From a virus: 64,000 nt of DNA. The stretch covers positions 28,399 through 92,398 of the IMG/VR virus record IMGVR_UViG_3300037484_000104. One strand, 5' to 3'. Below, in pieces: positions 1 to 8,838 of this stretch. Each line of letters begins with the position of its first letter. The first letter of the stretch is position 1. Below the pieces are notes generated by a model. The model ran no database searches. It saw only the letters and a list, made by a program, of their open reading frames with translations, and was not told the origin of the DNA. A program made the position numbers and the translations under genes.

Positions 1-411
1 GTTTGGTAAACTGGTATATTGTGTACCAGAGTATACAAATTTAACTCGGAGTTTAACTCCTACAAATTTGTCACCAATTATTGATATTGTTTTCTTAGCG
101 AAATCCTCGAATGAAATTGCACTAAATACAAATTGTTCTTTTGTAACAAAACATAAGGCAATTTGTTTAATACGACTCATTTGATTCATTTCTTTTTCAG
201 CTAACTTTTCTGGAGTTTCTGCTGATGCTTTCCATTCTGTATGAGATCCTTTCGAACCTTTACCATCTACAAAATAGAAGGCTAAGAATTCTTTACCATT
301 CTTGCTAATTCCATACTCTACTTTTGTCATTTCGACATTTTCATGGATACCAGCATCAATAAAATTGGCTCCTTTTTCTTCAAATGGGGTATCTAACGTA
401 ACGTTGTACAT
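1..411 (-). CDS. putative ssDNA-binding protein (crAss-like), runs off window start
   Basis: ATG at 411 reads MYNVTLDTPFEEKGANFIDAGIHENVEMTKVEYGISKNGKEFLAFYF...; open to position 1; directly downstream of the AAA ATPase, a usual SSB position. Confidence 0.55.
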   Translation of the reverse strand, partial: MYNVTLDTPFEEKGANFIDAGIHENVEMTKVEYGISKNGKEFLAFYFVDGKGSKGSHTEWKASAETPEKLAEKEMNQMSRIKQIALCFVTKEQFVFSAISFEDFAKKTISIIGDKFVGVKLRVKFVYSGTQYTSLPN

Positions 412-497
412 ACTTAATTTATTTTATAAGTAATATTCACAACTTTAATAAGGCATTTCTGATAACTTAGTTATTTTTGCTTGAATACTTATTGTTA

Positions 498-1151
498 TTA
501 ATTATTATTGTTTAAAACTGTTCTTATATGTTGTAGAAACGAATTACTATCATTAGGAATAGTATCCTGCTCGTTTACCAAGAACATTGGTGGACATTTA
601 GCAGAATCTTTACCGTCAGTGTTTAACTTAAGATAGTATTCTTTCTTCTCATCTTTAATACGCATATCAGCAAAAGTCACTATGGTAAAGTCTTTTTCAA
701 CCATACCTTCGTATTCTTTACCCTTCACTTTTACACGTTTTTCAATTGCACCACCTTCATTCTGTATCCACTCATAATGAGCTGTAACAAAAATATCTTT
801 AGGATATTTCTTGAATAAGAAAGCTAATTTAGCAATTTCTTCGTTGTACATATTCCAAGTATCAAAACCTTTTTTGGTTTCTCTAGCTGTTTTAAGTACA
901 GAGTCCATATAAGTACTATATGAATCGAAGACTACTTCTGTTATTTCTGGTATCTTTGCAAACTCTATCAATTTTGTATAAGCATCTTGCCAACTATTTG
1001 GACTGTAATAATGCTTAAATTTGTTTATGAATGGTAATGGTTTACCTTCCATATTGATAAATCCACAGGTTTCAGGATTCATATTTCTAAAAGAATATGT
1101 TTTACCTCTACCTGGAGATCCAACTATCATTACTTGATAGGGAGTAGTCAT
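498..1151 (-). CDS. AAA_24/Sak4-like P-loop ATPase
   Basis: Walker A GSPGRGKT, Walker B VVFDS, TAH motif, SAKCP near C-terminus. Confidence 0.85.
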   Translation of the reverse strand: MTTPYQVMIVGSPGRGKTYSFRNMNPETCGFINMEGKPLPFINKFKHYYSPNSWQDAYTKLIEFAKIPEITEVVFDSYSTYMDSVLKTARETKKGFDTWNMYNEEIAKLAFLFKKYPKDIFVTAHYEWIQNEGGAIEKRVKVKGKEYEGMVEKDFTIVTFADMRIKDEKKEYYLKLNTDGKDSAKCPPMFLVNEQDTIPNDSNSFLQHIRTVLNNNN

Positions 1152-1275
1152 GTTTGCATTGTTTAAAAATAAGATTATTGGTCAATTAGACACATCTCTT
1201 ATTATCGGGCAAGTCTAAATTGTCCGGTTAGTTTGAACTAACTTATCATAACTAACCAATAATCTTATAGGTTAA

Positions 1276-1851
1276 TTATATTAGTTGTAAATAGTAACCT
1301 TTATAGTCACTTAATACTTCAAATTTCTGACCACGAATCTTTACAGTTTCTTCACCATAAAAATTTGTATGAATATCATACTGGTCATAACCAACTTTAA
1401 CATAATTGTTAAAAATAGTTACTTTTTCTTCTTTACGACTAGAAACCCATTCACCATCACGAATGATAGTATCACGTCGACATTTTGTGCTAAACGGACA
1501 ATAGTCACAGATATCACAAGTTGTTGCTGGTTTGTAAACGTTTTCAAAGAAATTATTAATTAGTTTCTCAATTTTCTTGAAATCATCCGAAAGTTTATAG
1601 ATAGGAAGATCTAAATCTATAACATCATTGCTACTAGTTTCCCGATAAACTTCTTTTGTTTTAAATACTAGGTAATCACCATATTTAATTTTGGCAGCTA
1701 CTTTATTGTATTTATTGATCAATTTAACTAAAGCTGGGATATATAAAGGTCCACGATCGTTTACCTTAACCACAAATTCTTTAGCTAACTGTTCTTTTTT
1801 CGGAGTTTCTGTCAAAAATGATAAAACTGATAATTCTATGATATTAATCAT
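1276..1851 (-). CDS. hypothetical protein with Cys cluster
   Basis: 191 aa ORF in the operon; CDICDYCPFSTKC. Confidence 0.6.
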   Translation of the reverse strand: MINIIELSVLSFLTETPKKEQLAKEFVVKVNDRGPLYIPALVKLINKYNKVAAKIKYGDYLVFKTKEVYRETSSNDVIDLDLPIYKLSDDFKKIEKLINNFFENVYKPATTCDICDYCPFSTKCRRDTIIRDGEWVSSRKEEKVTIFNNYVKVGYDQYDIHTNFYGEETVKIRGQKFEVLSDYKGYYLQLI

Positions 1852-1865
1852 ATTTGTTATTTTTA

Positions 1866-2813
1866 TTATTTGTTTGATATTGGTGTATACTCATCTATTG
1901 AGTTATACTTCAAATTATTAACAAAGGATAGGATTTTAGGTTCTCCATCTCTCACCTTTAGTAGATGCATATATATCATGTTTGTTACAGGCCAATGACT
2001 GCTACCATATGTCTTTAAGCCCAAAATCTCAGGTCTGTGCAACACTATGACATAATCGGAGCCTTGATATACACTATCAGATGAAGATAAATCTCTCCTT
2101 TGTGGAAAATGGAGTAGAGGATTATTAATTCGATCTGTTGACTCTATTTCCCGGTTTAACTGTGATAATTGAATTATCGTTGTTAAGCCAATTTTCTTTT
2201 GTTGAATAAATACCCTTTGGAGTTCTACTATTGTTTCACGTTCACCTTGTCCAGGATTAGGTTTTAGTAGTAACGTATGATCTAATATTATTATTAACCA
2301 TTTATCCTTACTAACTAATTCTCTAAATACTTCAATAGTGTTACTTACTTCAACAACTGAACCCGGTGTATCTACATAGTAGACAGGGTAATTTCTTATT
2401 TCTTTTGACTCATGTACTACTTTATTAAAATCGTAATCTGAGAGTGGTTTCTCTGCTGTATATAATTCAGAAGTTGTCTTTTTGAGTTTATAGGATAGCT
2501 TTCTACCCACAACTTTACTAGAAAGCATTTCTAAACTGAATGATAATACTACAAAATCTATATCTGGATTCAAATCAAATAAATCTGTTTCTAAAGAATT
2601 GACAAATGCCGATTTGCCTGCACCTGATATACCACATGCTGTTATAACTACATTTGGTTCTAATCCTCCATTGCAACTATCATTAAATTTCTTCCATTTA
2701 GTTTTCAAACTTCTGCTAATTCCTTTACGTCTATCATCAATGTATGAAACTATATCATCTGTTGCAACAGATATGTGTTTAAATGTTAAGCTTTTATTCG
2801 AGGGTGTTTCCAT
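1866..2813 (-). CDS. dnaB: DnaB-like replicative helicase
   Basis: Walker A GISGAGKS, FSLEM, IILDH, LSQLNR, KVRDGE: DnaB H1-H4 motifs. Confidence 0.92.
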   Translation of the reverse strand: METPSNKSLTFKHISVATDDIVSYIDDRRKGISRSLKTKWKKFNDSCNGGLEPNVVITACGISGAGKSAFVNSLETDLFDLNPDIDFVVLSFSLEMLSSKVVGRKLSYKLKKTTSELYTAEKPLSDYDFNKVVHESKEIRNYPVYYVDTPGSVVEVSNTIEVFRELVSKDKWLIIILDHTLLLKPNPGQGERETIVELQRVFIQQKKIGLTTIIQLSQLNREIESTDRINNPLLHFPQRRDLSSSDSVYQGSDYVIVLHRPEILGLKTYGSSHWPVTNMIYMHLLKVRDGEPKILSFVNNLKYNSIDEYTPISNK

Positions 2814-3381
2814 ATCCTAGATCCTCACTATTAGTAAGAGAGTCAATAGTTGATTCAGTTAGAGCTTGTTCGTATATTTTCCACTCTTCACTAATTAACC
2901 ATTTAGATAATCTCTTGAAATAAGACATCTTTCCCTCTTTCCGTTTGAGCGCTATCTCATATCTCAGACACTCTAGAATATGTTGATGTATAAAGTACTT
3001 ATTCTTTGTAATTTTTGAATAAGACATTTTACAACGCTTTAAATCGTTTCTTAAAAAATCTTTAGTTCCATCAGGTCTAATAACTGACACTGGAAACACT
3101 TGTACCAATTCGTCGAAAAAATCACCATTTGCAATTATTCGTAAAAAGTTAGGCCCTAAAGTTATTTTAGAAGGATCGTATTCATTTAAACTATTTTGAT
3201 TTGTTACGAATTCTAATAAATTAAACCTATCAAACAATCTTTTTTTCTCTTCACTATTATACAAAAATAGGTATTTAGAGACTAGATCATATTGTTTATC
3301 ATAGATTAATTGTAATACAACAAATTCATCAACTTTAATAAGGTTGTTTATTAATGAATTTACATCTACTTGTATTAACAT
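2794..3381 (-). CDS. putative replication initiator/helicase-loader-like protein
   Basis: FFDELVQVFP...KRLSKWL..EEWK C-terminal pattern; overlaps the start of dnaB. Confidence 0.5.
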   Translation of the reverse strand: MLIQVDVNSLINNLIKVDEFVVLQLIYDKQYDLVSKYLFLYNSEEKKRLFDRFNLLEFVTNQNSLNEYDPSKITLGPNFLRIIANGDFFDELVQVFPVSVIRPDGTKDFLRNDLKRCKMSYSKITKNKYFIHQHILECLRYEIALKRKEGKMSYFKRLSKWLISEEWKIYEQALTESTIDSLTNSEDLGYGNTLE

Positions 3382-3472
3382 TATAAGTTGTTATTACTTG
3401 CTCATTTCTAGGTAGATGTCTGTAAAATTTGTAAGGCATTATGAGCTGTTGATTATTAATATTGTTTTCATA

Positions 3473-3775
3473 CTAGAAACGTTGTCTGTAAGATTTGAGT
3501 TTATTGTTATTTTTAATTAAAAGTCTTTTTTTATCTCTTAATTGGATAAGTCTATCTGGATCTATTTTAACTTTATAGTCAAATAATTCCATTATACTAA
3601 CTGAATCAGCGTCACTATTAGATGCCCTGTTAGACTGACCTCTTTCAAAGAAAGCATATCCCTTGGGAGATTTAAGATCTCGTACTATATCTTGTAGAAT
3701 AAGTAATTCTGTATTGGTAGGTTCGTAATTATCTGATATTATTGCGAATACTACATCTATAGTAATGTTTGTCAT
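3473..3775 (-). CDS. hypothetical protein
   Basis: 100 aa ORF coupled to the polymerase stop codon. Confidence 0.55.
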   Translation of the reverse strand: MTNITIDVVFAIISDNYEPTNTELLILQDIVRDLKSPKGYAFFERGQSNRASNSDADSVSIMELFDYKVKIDPDRLIQLRDKKRLLIKNNNKLKSYRQRF

Positions 3776-4713
3776 TATTTCTCTATTTTGTTAATAATCT
3801 TATTACACTCATTGATATAATAGTCATAATTAATATTATATTCTGACATAGGTAACTTCCTATATCTATTAAATACTGTGGACAAATATCCTTTTTCAAC
3901 ACTAGTTTCTCTACCATCTTCATTACATTTAATAAATGTCTTTCCATTAGTAGATACATAATATCTAACATTTTTTGATAATTTGTTAGCTATCTGATAA
4001 GTTTTTTTAAATTCGTTAATAGATTGATTTAGTGCTGTAGATAATCGACAGGCTCCTTTTTCATAAGATTTGCCATTATCTATCCATTCTTTTTTTATCC
4101 AAGTATTTCCTTCATACTCAATCCAACCATATTCTTTTATAAACTCTATTTTCTCATCTTTATCATTAAAGATTGGGATAATAGGTTCTTGATCGTAATA
4201 TCTTTCCTCTAACCACCATCCTTTAACAGTTTTAACTCGTTTACAGAAATGGTATATATTAGTATGATTTAGTATAGTTTCTTCAATAGGTGTGTTATTT
4301 ATGAAGTAATTTGTTAATGCTATACGAACTATACGCATAGAGTTATTCTTGTGGATCTCTGAATCTATTTCAAAGTCACCTTTACGCTTAATCTCATTGT
4401 TACTATCTAAAGCAATGTAATCGTTTACAGATGTTTGAATTAAGAACTTATAGTCCTTGTACTCAAGTTGGCCTGATTCACTATTACCTACTTTTTTTTC
4501 CCATTCATGACATATCTCATAATACTTATTATTAAGATCTTTATCAAATAGACACACTATACCATCTGTATTAGCAGATACTACATGTATATTATTTAAT
4601 TCCATCTCTTCTATAAGCATTAGAATCTCAAATTGATTACCAATTGTACAAGAGAATTGTACTAATGGATCAAATTGCCACGAATTAATTTCATTGGTTT
4701 TACCAAAACCTCC
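3775..4713 (-). CDS. polB: DNA polymerase family B, exon 2
   Basis: frame extends upstream of the ORF-track start: GGFGKTNEINSWQFDPLVQFSCTIGNQFEILMLIE...SANTDG (motif C), VNDYIA, KRKG. Confidence 0.9.
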   Translation of the reverse strand, partial: GGFGKTNEINSWQFDPLVQFSCTIGNQFEILMLIEEMELNNIHVVSANTDGIVCLFDKDLNNKYYEICHEWEKKVGNSESGQLEYKDYKFLIQTSVNDYIALDSNNEIKRKGDFEIDSEIHKNNSMRIVRIALTNYFINNTPIEETILNHTNIYHFCKRVKTVKGWWLEERYYDQEPIIPIFNDKDEKIEFIKEYGWIEYEGNTWIKKEWIDNGKSYEKGACRLSTALNQSINEFKKTYQIANKLSKNVRYYVSTNGKTFIKCNEDGRETSVEKGYLSTVFNRYRKLPMSEYNINYDYYINECNKIINKIEK

Positions 4714-5055
4714 CTTACCACTATAATTTTCATTACCAATCTCATTGCGCCATATCCTATATCCTATACTGGGAGCTACATTATGTATTGTTTGTGGTCT
4801 GGACTATATCTTTAACTACTCTGATCCTTAGTAGTCAGTGTTCCTGCATCTAGTCTCTACGGCTGAATCTAATAATATGTATTAATCTTAGTTTTCGGAC
4901 AAGTATTAGTTGTCCGACTAGAATTACACTAGTCATATTATTAACCTATGCCTCGGTATTAGCATATTAAATTAACTACTAAGGATGATCAATCCGCAAG
5001 TAACTTAAATTAGCTTTCACCGATATTCAGGAATTTAAAAACGGCAGCTATGTTT
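4714..5055 (-). mobile_element. group I self-splicing intron (342 nt, no homing endonuclease ORF) in polB motif B
   Basis: 5' exon ends AAACGGU and pairs with IGS GCCGUUU (U-G at the splice site); P3 UUCCUG/CAGGAA; R CCGUAGAGACUA; S AAGAUAUAGUCC; terminal G at 4714; splicing restores the frame KLALNG|GGFGK. Confidence 0.92.
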
Positions 5056-6216
5056 ACCGTTTAAAGCTAATTTAAATACCTCTTGTATAGAGTTATATTT
5101 AGCTTTCTTTGTCTTCTTATAAGTAGATTTAGCATCTAATCTACGAGATATATTATCTTTATAACCTTGAATCCATGCTTTACCTAAGTGTCTAGGATAG
5201 AGATTACGTTTAACAATAGCATTTGGATATTGACTGCCTACGTCAGCGTCACGTAATATTTGATCTTCTATAGGAATTAACTTCCTAGGTTTATCAACAG
5301 AATGTAATCCTCCTCTAGCAATAGTATATGTAGTATCTCTAAACTCTAGGGTAAAGATCTGCTTCTCTCCATCAGTATCTTGTACTACAGGAGTATCTTT
5401 AATTAGATTATAGAAGTCATTAAGTTCTTGTGTCTTAAAATGTACATAACTAGGGATACATTGTCCAAATACAAAAGTATCTATAAATTTAGGAAGTACT
5501 TTAATTTGTTTCCAATCTAATCCTGAGTTCTTAGAGTAATTAAGCTTATTTAACTCATCACCAATCTTAACATCATTGTAGTTAATACAATTGATACCAA
5601 ATTCAGCTTGTATATCCTTACGTAATTGTAGTTTATCCTTACCTTTATACAAAGGATTTTCTGTATCTCCTATTGTAATCTTATAGAATTCATATGTAGC
5701 CAGTACATCATTTAAGTTATAGGATAGGATATCAGATACCTCTTCATCTGTAACATAATGACTAGGTTCAAATGGCATATCCTCAACATTCTCAAAGTCC
5801 ATAGCTATCTCTACAGCTTTCAGACTAGTATGTTTAGCCTTGTTATCAAAATGCCAGATCTTGAATAGATCTAATTGAGGGATAAGAGTTTTCCACTCAG
5901 GTATACTAGACCATTCTGAATTAATTACTTCATTAGATTTATTGTATAGTATTTCAGTAAATAATTCTGAATTCTCCCATATCTTCTGTCTAGTATCAAA
6001 AGTTAATAAATAATGTATTATAGAGTAATCATAATTTATGTTATTAAATCCTATTAATCCCGAAACTTCAGTTTGTAAAAATTTGATATATTCTGAAAAG
6101 TCATTTTTGGATTTGTGTATTACAAATTGACGTACTTCTTGATTATCTATTGCTAAAAATGTAGCAGTATGACAATTAAAAAGTACTTCAATATCATAGA
6201 CCCAAATTCTTTTCAT
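5056..6216 (-). CDS. polB: DNA polymerase family B, exon 1 (3'-5' exonuclease and motifs A/B)
   Basis: ExoI YDIE, ExoII GFNNINYD, ExoIII YNLNDV, motif A DADVGSQYP, motif B KLALNG; spliced product 699 aa. Confidence 0.92.
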
Positions 6217-6217
6217 A

Positions 6218-6436
6218 TTATCCTTTCATTAAAATTGCAGTAATTATACCTATCATTATTAGTATACCAGAAATAATAATATCATATTTTGCTAATCTTG
6301 TTTTAGCAAAATCTTCCATTGCATTTATGATATATCCAATATATTTTTCAGATATTTTTATATTATGTTTATCATAACAATCTTTAAGATATATATCTAA
6401 TATATCTTTAGATAATTTTCTATTCTTTTCTGTCAT
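6218..6436 (-). CDS. small protein with C-terminal TM helix
   Basis: 72 aa; hydrophobic C-terminus. Confidence 0.5.
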   Translation of the reverse strand: MTEKNRKLSKDILDIYLKDCYDKHNIKISEKYIGYIINAMEDFAKTRLAKYDIIISGILIMIGIITAILMKG

Positions 6437-6437
6437 T

Positions 6438-6902
6438 CTATTCTATATTATAAGTTATTCCTGGAAGATATTTCTGTAAAATATTGTCAAATCCTTTTTT
6501 GTAGTTTTCAGATATATTTTTAGAATATAGTTTCAAAATACGCTTTATATGATTTATTTCTAAATCTTTAATTAGTCTAGTTATTGGTTTTTCTAGTAAA
6601 TTCCCGTCTTTATCATAAACACTAGTCCATAGTAAATATTCTTCTGGAGCTAATTCTTGATCTACTAGAATATCTTCTTCTTCATCATTCCAAGCTTTAA
6701 AATTATCAGGAATTAACCCTAGATTGATAAGGACTTGTCCTATACGCTGATCTGAATTTTCTTTCCAATAGTTAGTGAATTTGCTAGAATTATCCCATCC
6801 TAATATATCTAAAAGAAAACCATGTTCTAATCCCCAACGATTTGCTAAAAATTCAATATCAACTTTACTTATAAAGTTATCAATTCTTTCAATTGGTCTC
6901 AT
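6438..6902 (-). CDS. hypothetical protein
   Basis: 154 aa; MRPIERID...DQRIGQVLINLG phage-type motif. Confidence 0.6.
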   Translation of the reverse strand: MRPIERIDNFISKVDIEFLANRWGLEHGFLLDILGWDNSSKFTNYWKENSDQRIGQVLINLGLIPDNFKAWNDEEEDILVDQELAPEEYLLWTSVYDKDGNLLEKPITRLIKDLEINHIKRILKLYSKNISENYKKGFDNILQKYLPGITYNIE

Positions 6903-7395
6903 CTTTTAAGTATTTAATTTCTGTACAATTACCTGTTGATTTATATATAATGGGTTCCCAATTAGTATGTAATTTTCCACACTCCTTACACAATGTCTTA
7001 ATCCATCCAGTTGTAATACCTATATCCTTATTAGAACCACATTCTTCACATGTTGTATGAGAAGCATGTTCTAATATATCTATTACTTTAGGTGTAGATA
7101 TACAGTATAAACAAAGTGATCCATATTTTTCTTTTATCTGAGAAAATTTATAAGATGGTGGAATTAATATATCTAATCCTATCTTGTTAATTAGTGTTCC
7201 AAATTTAGTTAACCAATATCCTCTACACATTGACCAATTCCACAAATGTTTTAACCAAAAGGGTATATTAGGCCAATTTGAATCTAGTATTATTGCTGCG
7301 GATAAAGTTAGGTGATCCCAACCTCTTCCATGAGCAAAACATAGATTTACATGACTATATTTGTTTCTGTAATAGTCTCTTTCTTTATCTGTCAT
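6889..7395 (-). CDS. conserved phage protein with Zn ribbon
   Basis: QIKEKYGSL...CEECG...GWIKTLCKEC. Confidence 0.65.
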   Translation of the reverse strand: MTDKERDYYRNKYSHVNLCFAHGRGWDHLTLSAAIILDSNWPNIPFWLKHLWNWSMCRGYWLTKFGTLINKIGLDILIPPSYKFSQIKEKYGSLCLYCISTPKVIDILEHASHTTCEECGSNKDIGITTGWIKTLCKECGKLHTNWEPIIYKSTGNCTEIKYLKDETN

Positions 7396-7510
7396 TCTGT
7401 TTTATTATTACATTTTGGACAAGATATACAATAGATTCTTTTATCATATATTTCTCCACACTTTGCACAAGTATACCATAATTCGTGATTATATAACATA
7501 ATTTATGTAT

Positions 7511-7570
7511 TAGTACCACTTGTTGAATCGAACATACATTCTTATTATTTCGGATTAACCGTTAGTGGTA
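7511..7570 (-). ncRNA. divergent tRNA-like element lacking an anticodon arm
   Basis: UACCACU/AGUGGUA stem, CGG-UUAAU-CCG hairpin, T-loop UUCGAUU, 3' end ACUA like the elements at 26024 and 27055. Confidence 0.4.
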
Positions 7571-7721
7571 TGATAAAAGATTATCTATTCTCAAGGTTTC
7601 TGAATAAATCACTACTATAAACCTTTTTTCGCTTTTGAAGGGATGATTAGCCCCGGAATTATTTACAGTTCTCCTTAGTATTTCTACTTTAGTGTGTTTT
7701 GAATAGATAATCTTTAAATTT

Positions 7722-8405
7722 TTAGTAGGTAATATCGTCAAATATTACTGGAATTTTACTTTTTAGTTCTTCTAATAAGGGAATTGTAAGTTCTCTCATT
7801 TGAGGATGAGCTGAAACTGCGGTGCGAAGTTTAAAGAAATGTCTCCATTCTCTAAGATTCATTTTAATATTAATCTCAGTTTTAAGAGAATTTGGTAGTA
7901 TAGACCTAGCTTGTTGAGGTTGCCATCCTTGTTCTATTAGATATAAATAACTTGCTTCAGATTGAAGTAAATTAAATCCGTATCTTCCAATAGGAGTATT
8001 ATCTTGATTTTTCATATTATTAAACTTCAAGAAATCATCTACATTAGTAAATTCACCCTCTTGTATATCTAACCAAGATGGTATTATAAATGTTAAATGT
8101 CCACCAAATTGTCCTTTAGAATAATTTACATATCTAGTACTTTCTTGAGCAAATGATGCAATACGATGACGTACTAATTCATGTGATACTCCTCTATCAC
8201 AGATAAATTTTACTGTAATATCAAAGAATTCAATCATAGCTTCATGACCTTTTGATATTAGAGTTTTAACTATTTTTTCAGCAGAATCTTCTGTTATTTT
8301 GTCCTCTGATTTATAACAAGTTCTAGCTACTTTTTCAAGAGTTTGTAATATATCTAATCCATTAATTGGAGTTAGAATTTCTGTTGATGGCTTGATTAAT
8401 TTCAT
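7722..8405 (-). CDS. thyX: FAD-dependent thymidylate synthase
   Basis: GHEAMIE, RHRIASFAQESTRY, NLREWRHFFKLR, AHPQMR. Confidence 0.95.
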   Translation of the reverse strand: MKLIKPSTEILTPINGLDILQTLEKVARTCYKSEDKITEDSAEKIVKTLISKGHEAMIEFFDITVKFICDRGVSHELVRHRIASFAQESTRYVNYSKGQFGGHLTFIIPSWLDIQEGEFTNVDDFLKFNNMKNQDNTPIGRYGFNLLQSEASYLYLIEQGWQPQQARSILPNSLKTEINIKMNLREWRHFFKLRTAVSAHPQMRELTIPLLEELKSKIPVIFDDITY

Positions 8406-8406
8406 A

Positions 8407-8838
8407 TTATTTGATTATTTCTTGAGCATGTTCCCCATCATCAATACTTTGAAAATGATAACCTTTATTTTCAGCTTCTAACCATTCAAGCCTAATTCCA
8501 TTGAATAGATCAACTAAATATTCCATATTATTGGTTTCTTTATATAAAGTTAGTCTTCGTTGAAGAAACTCTTTATAATTATATTTACCAATATTTTCCC
8601 TAGTTTTACTACCATATCTAAAGGTTCCTTGCATCATTCGATGATCAGCTAGTTTATTTACAATTTCTGTAGTTTTTTGTAGAAAATCTGGAATAGATAA
8701 GTTAATTAAATCTTCTATTGATTTTATACTACCTGAATCTATTTTATCACGTTTATCATAATCAATCTCAGATAAACCACATTTCCACTTCCAAGCATTG
8801 TCCATGAAAAATTCGTTAATTCTTATTTTCTTATTCAT
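8407..8838 (-). CDS. hypothetical protein, possible all-alpha nucleotide pyrophosphatase-like
   Basis: RMMQGTFRYG...YKETNNMEYLVDLFN pattern; next to thyX. Confidence 0.35.
   Translation of the reverse strand: MNKKIRINEFFMDNAWKWKCGLSEIDYDKRDKIDSGSIKSIEDLINLSIPDFLQKTTEIVNKLADHRMMQGTFRYGSKTRENIGKYNYKEFLQRRLTLYKETNNMEYLVDLFNGIRLEWLEAENKGYHFQSIDDGEHAQEIIK

Noticed and set aside
3775-6216. polB as a pseudogene, frameshifted gene or intein-split gene
   Set aside because: The gap carries full group I intron signatures and splicing restores the frame; no intein Cys/His-Asn ends.
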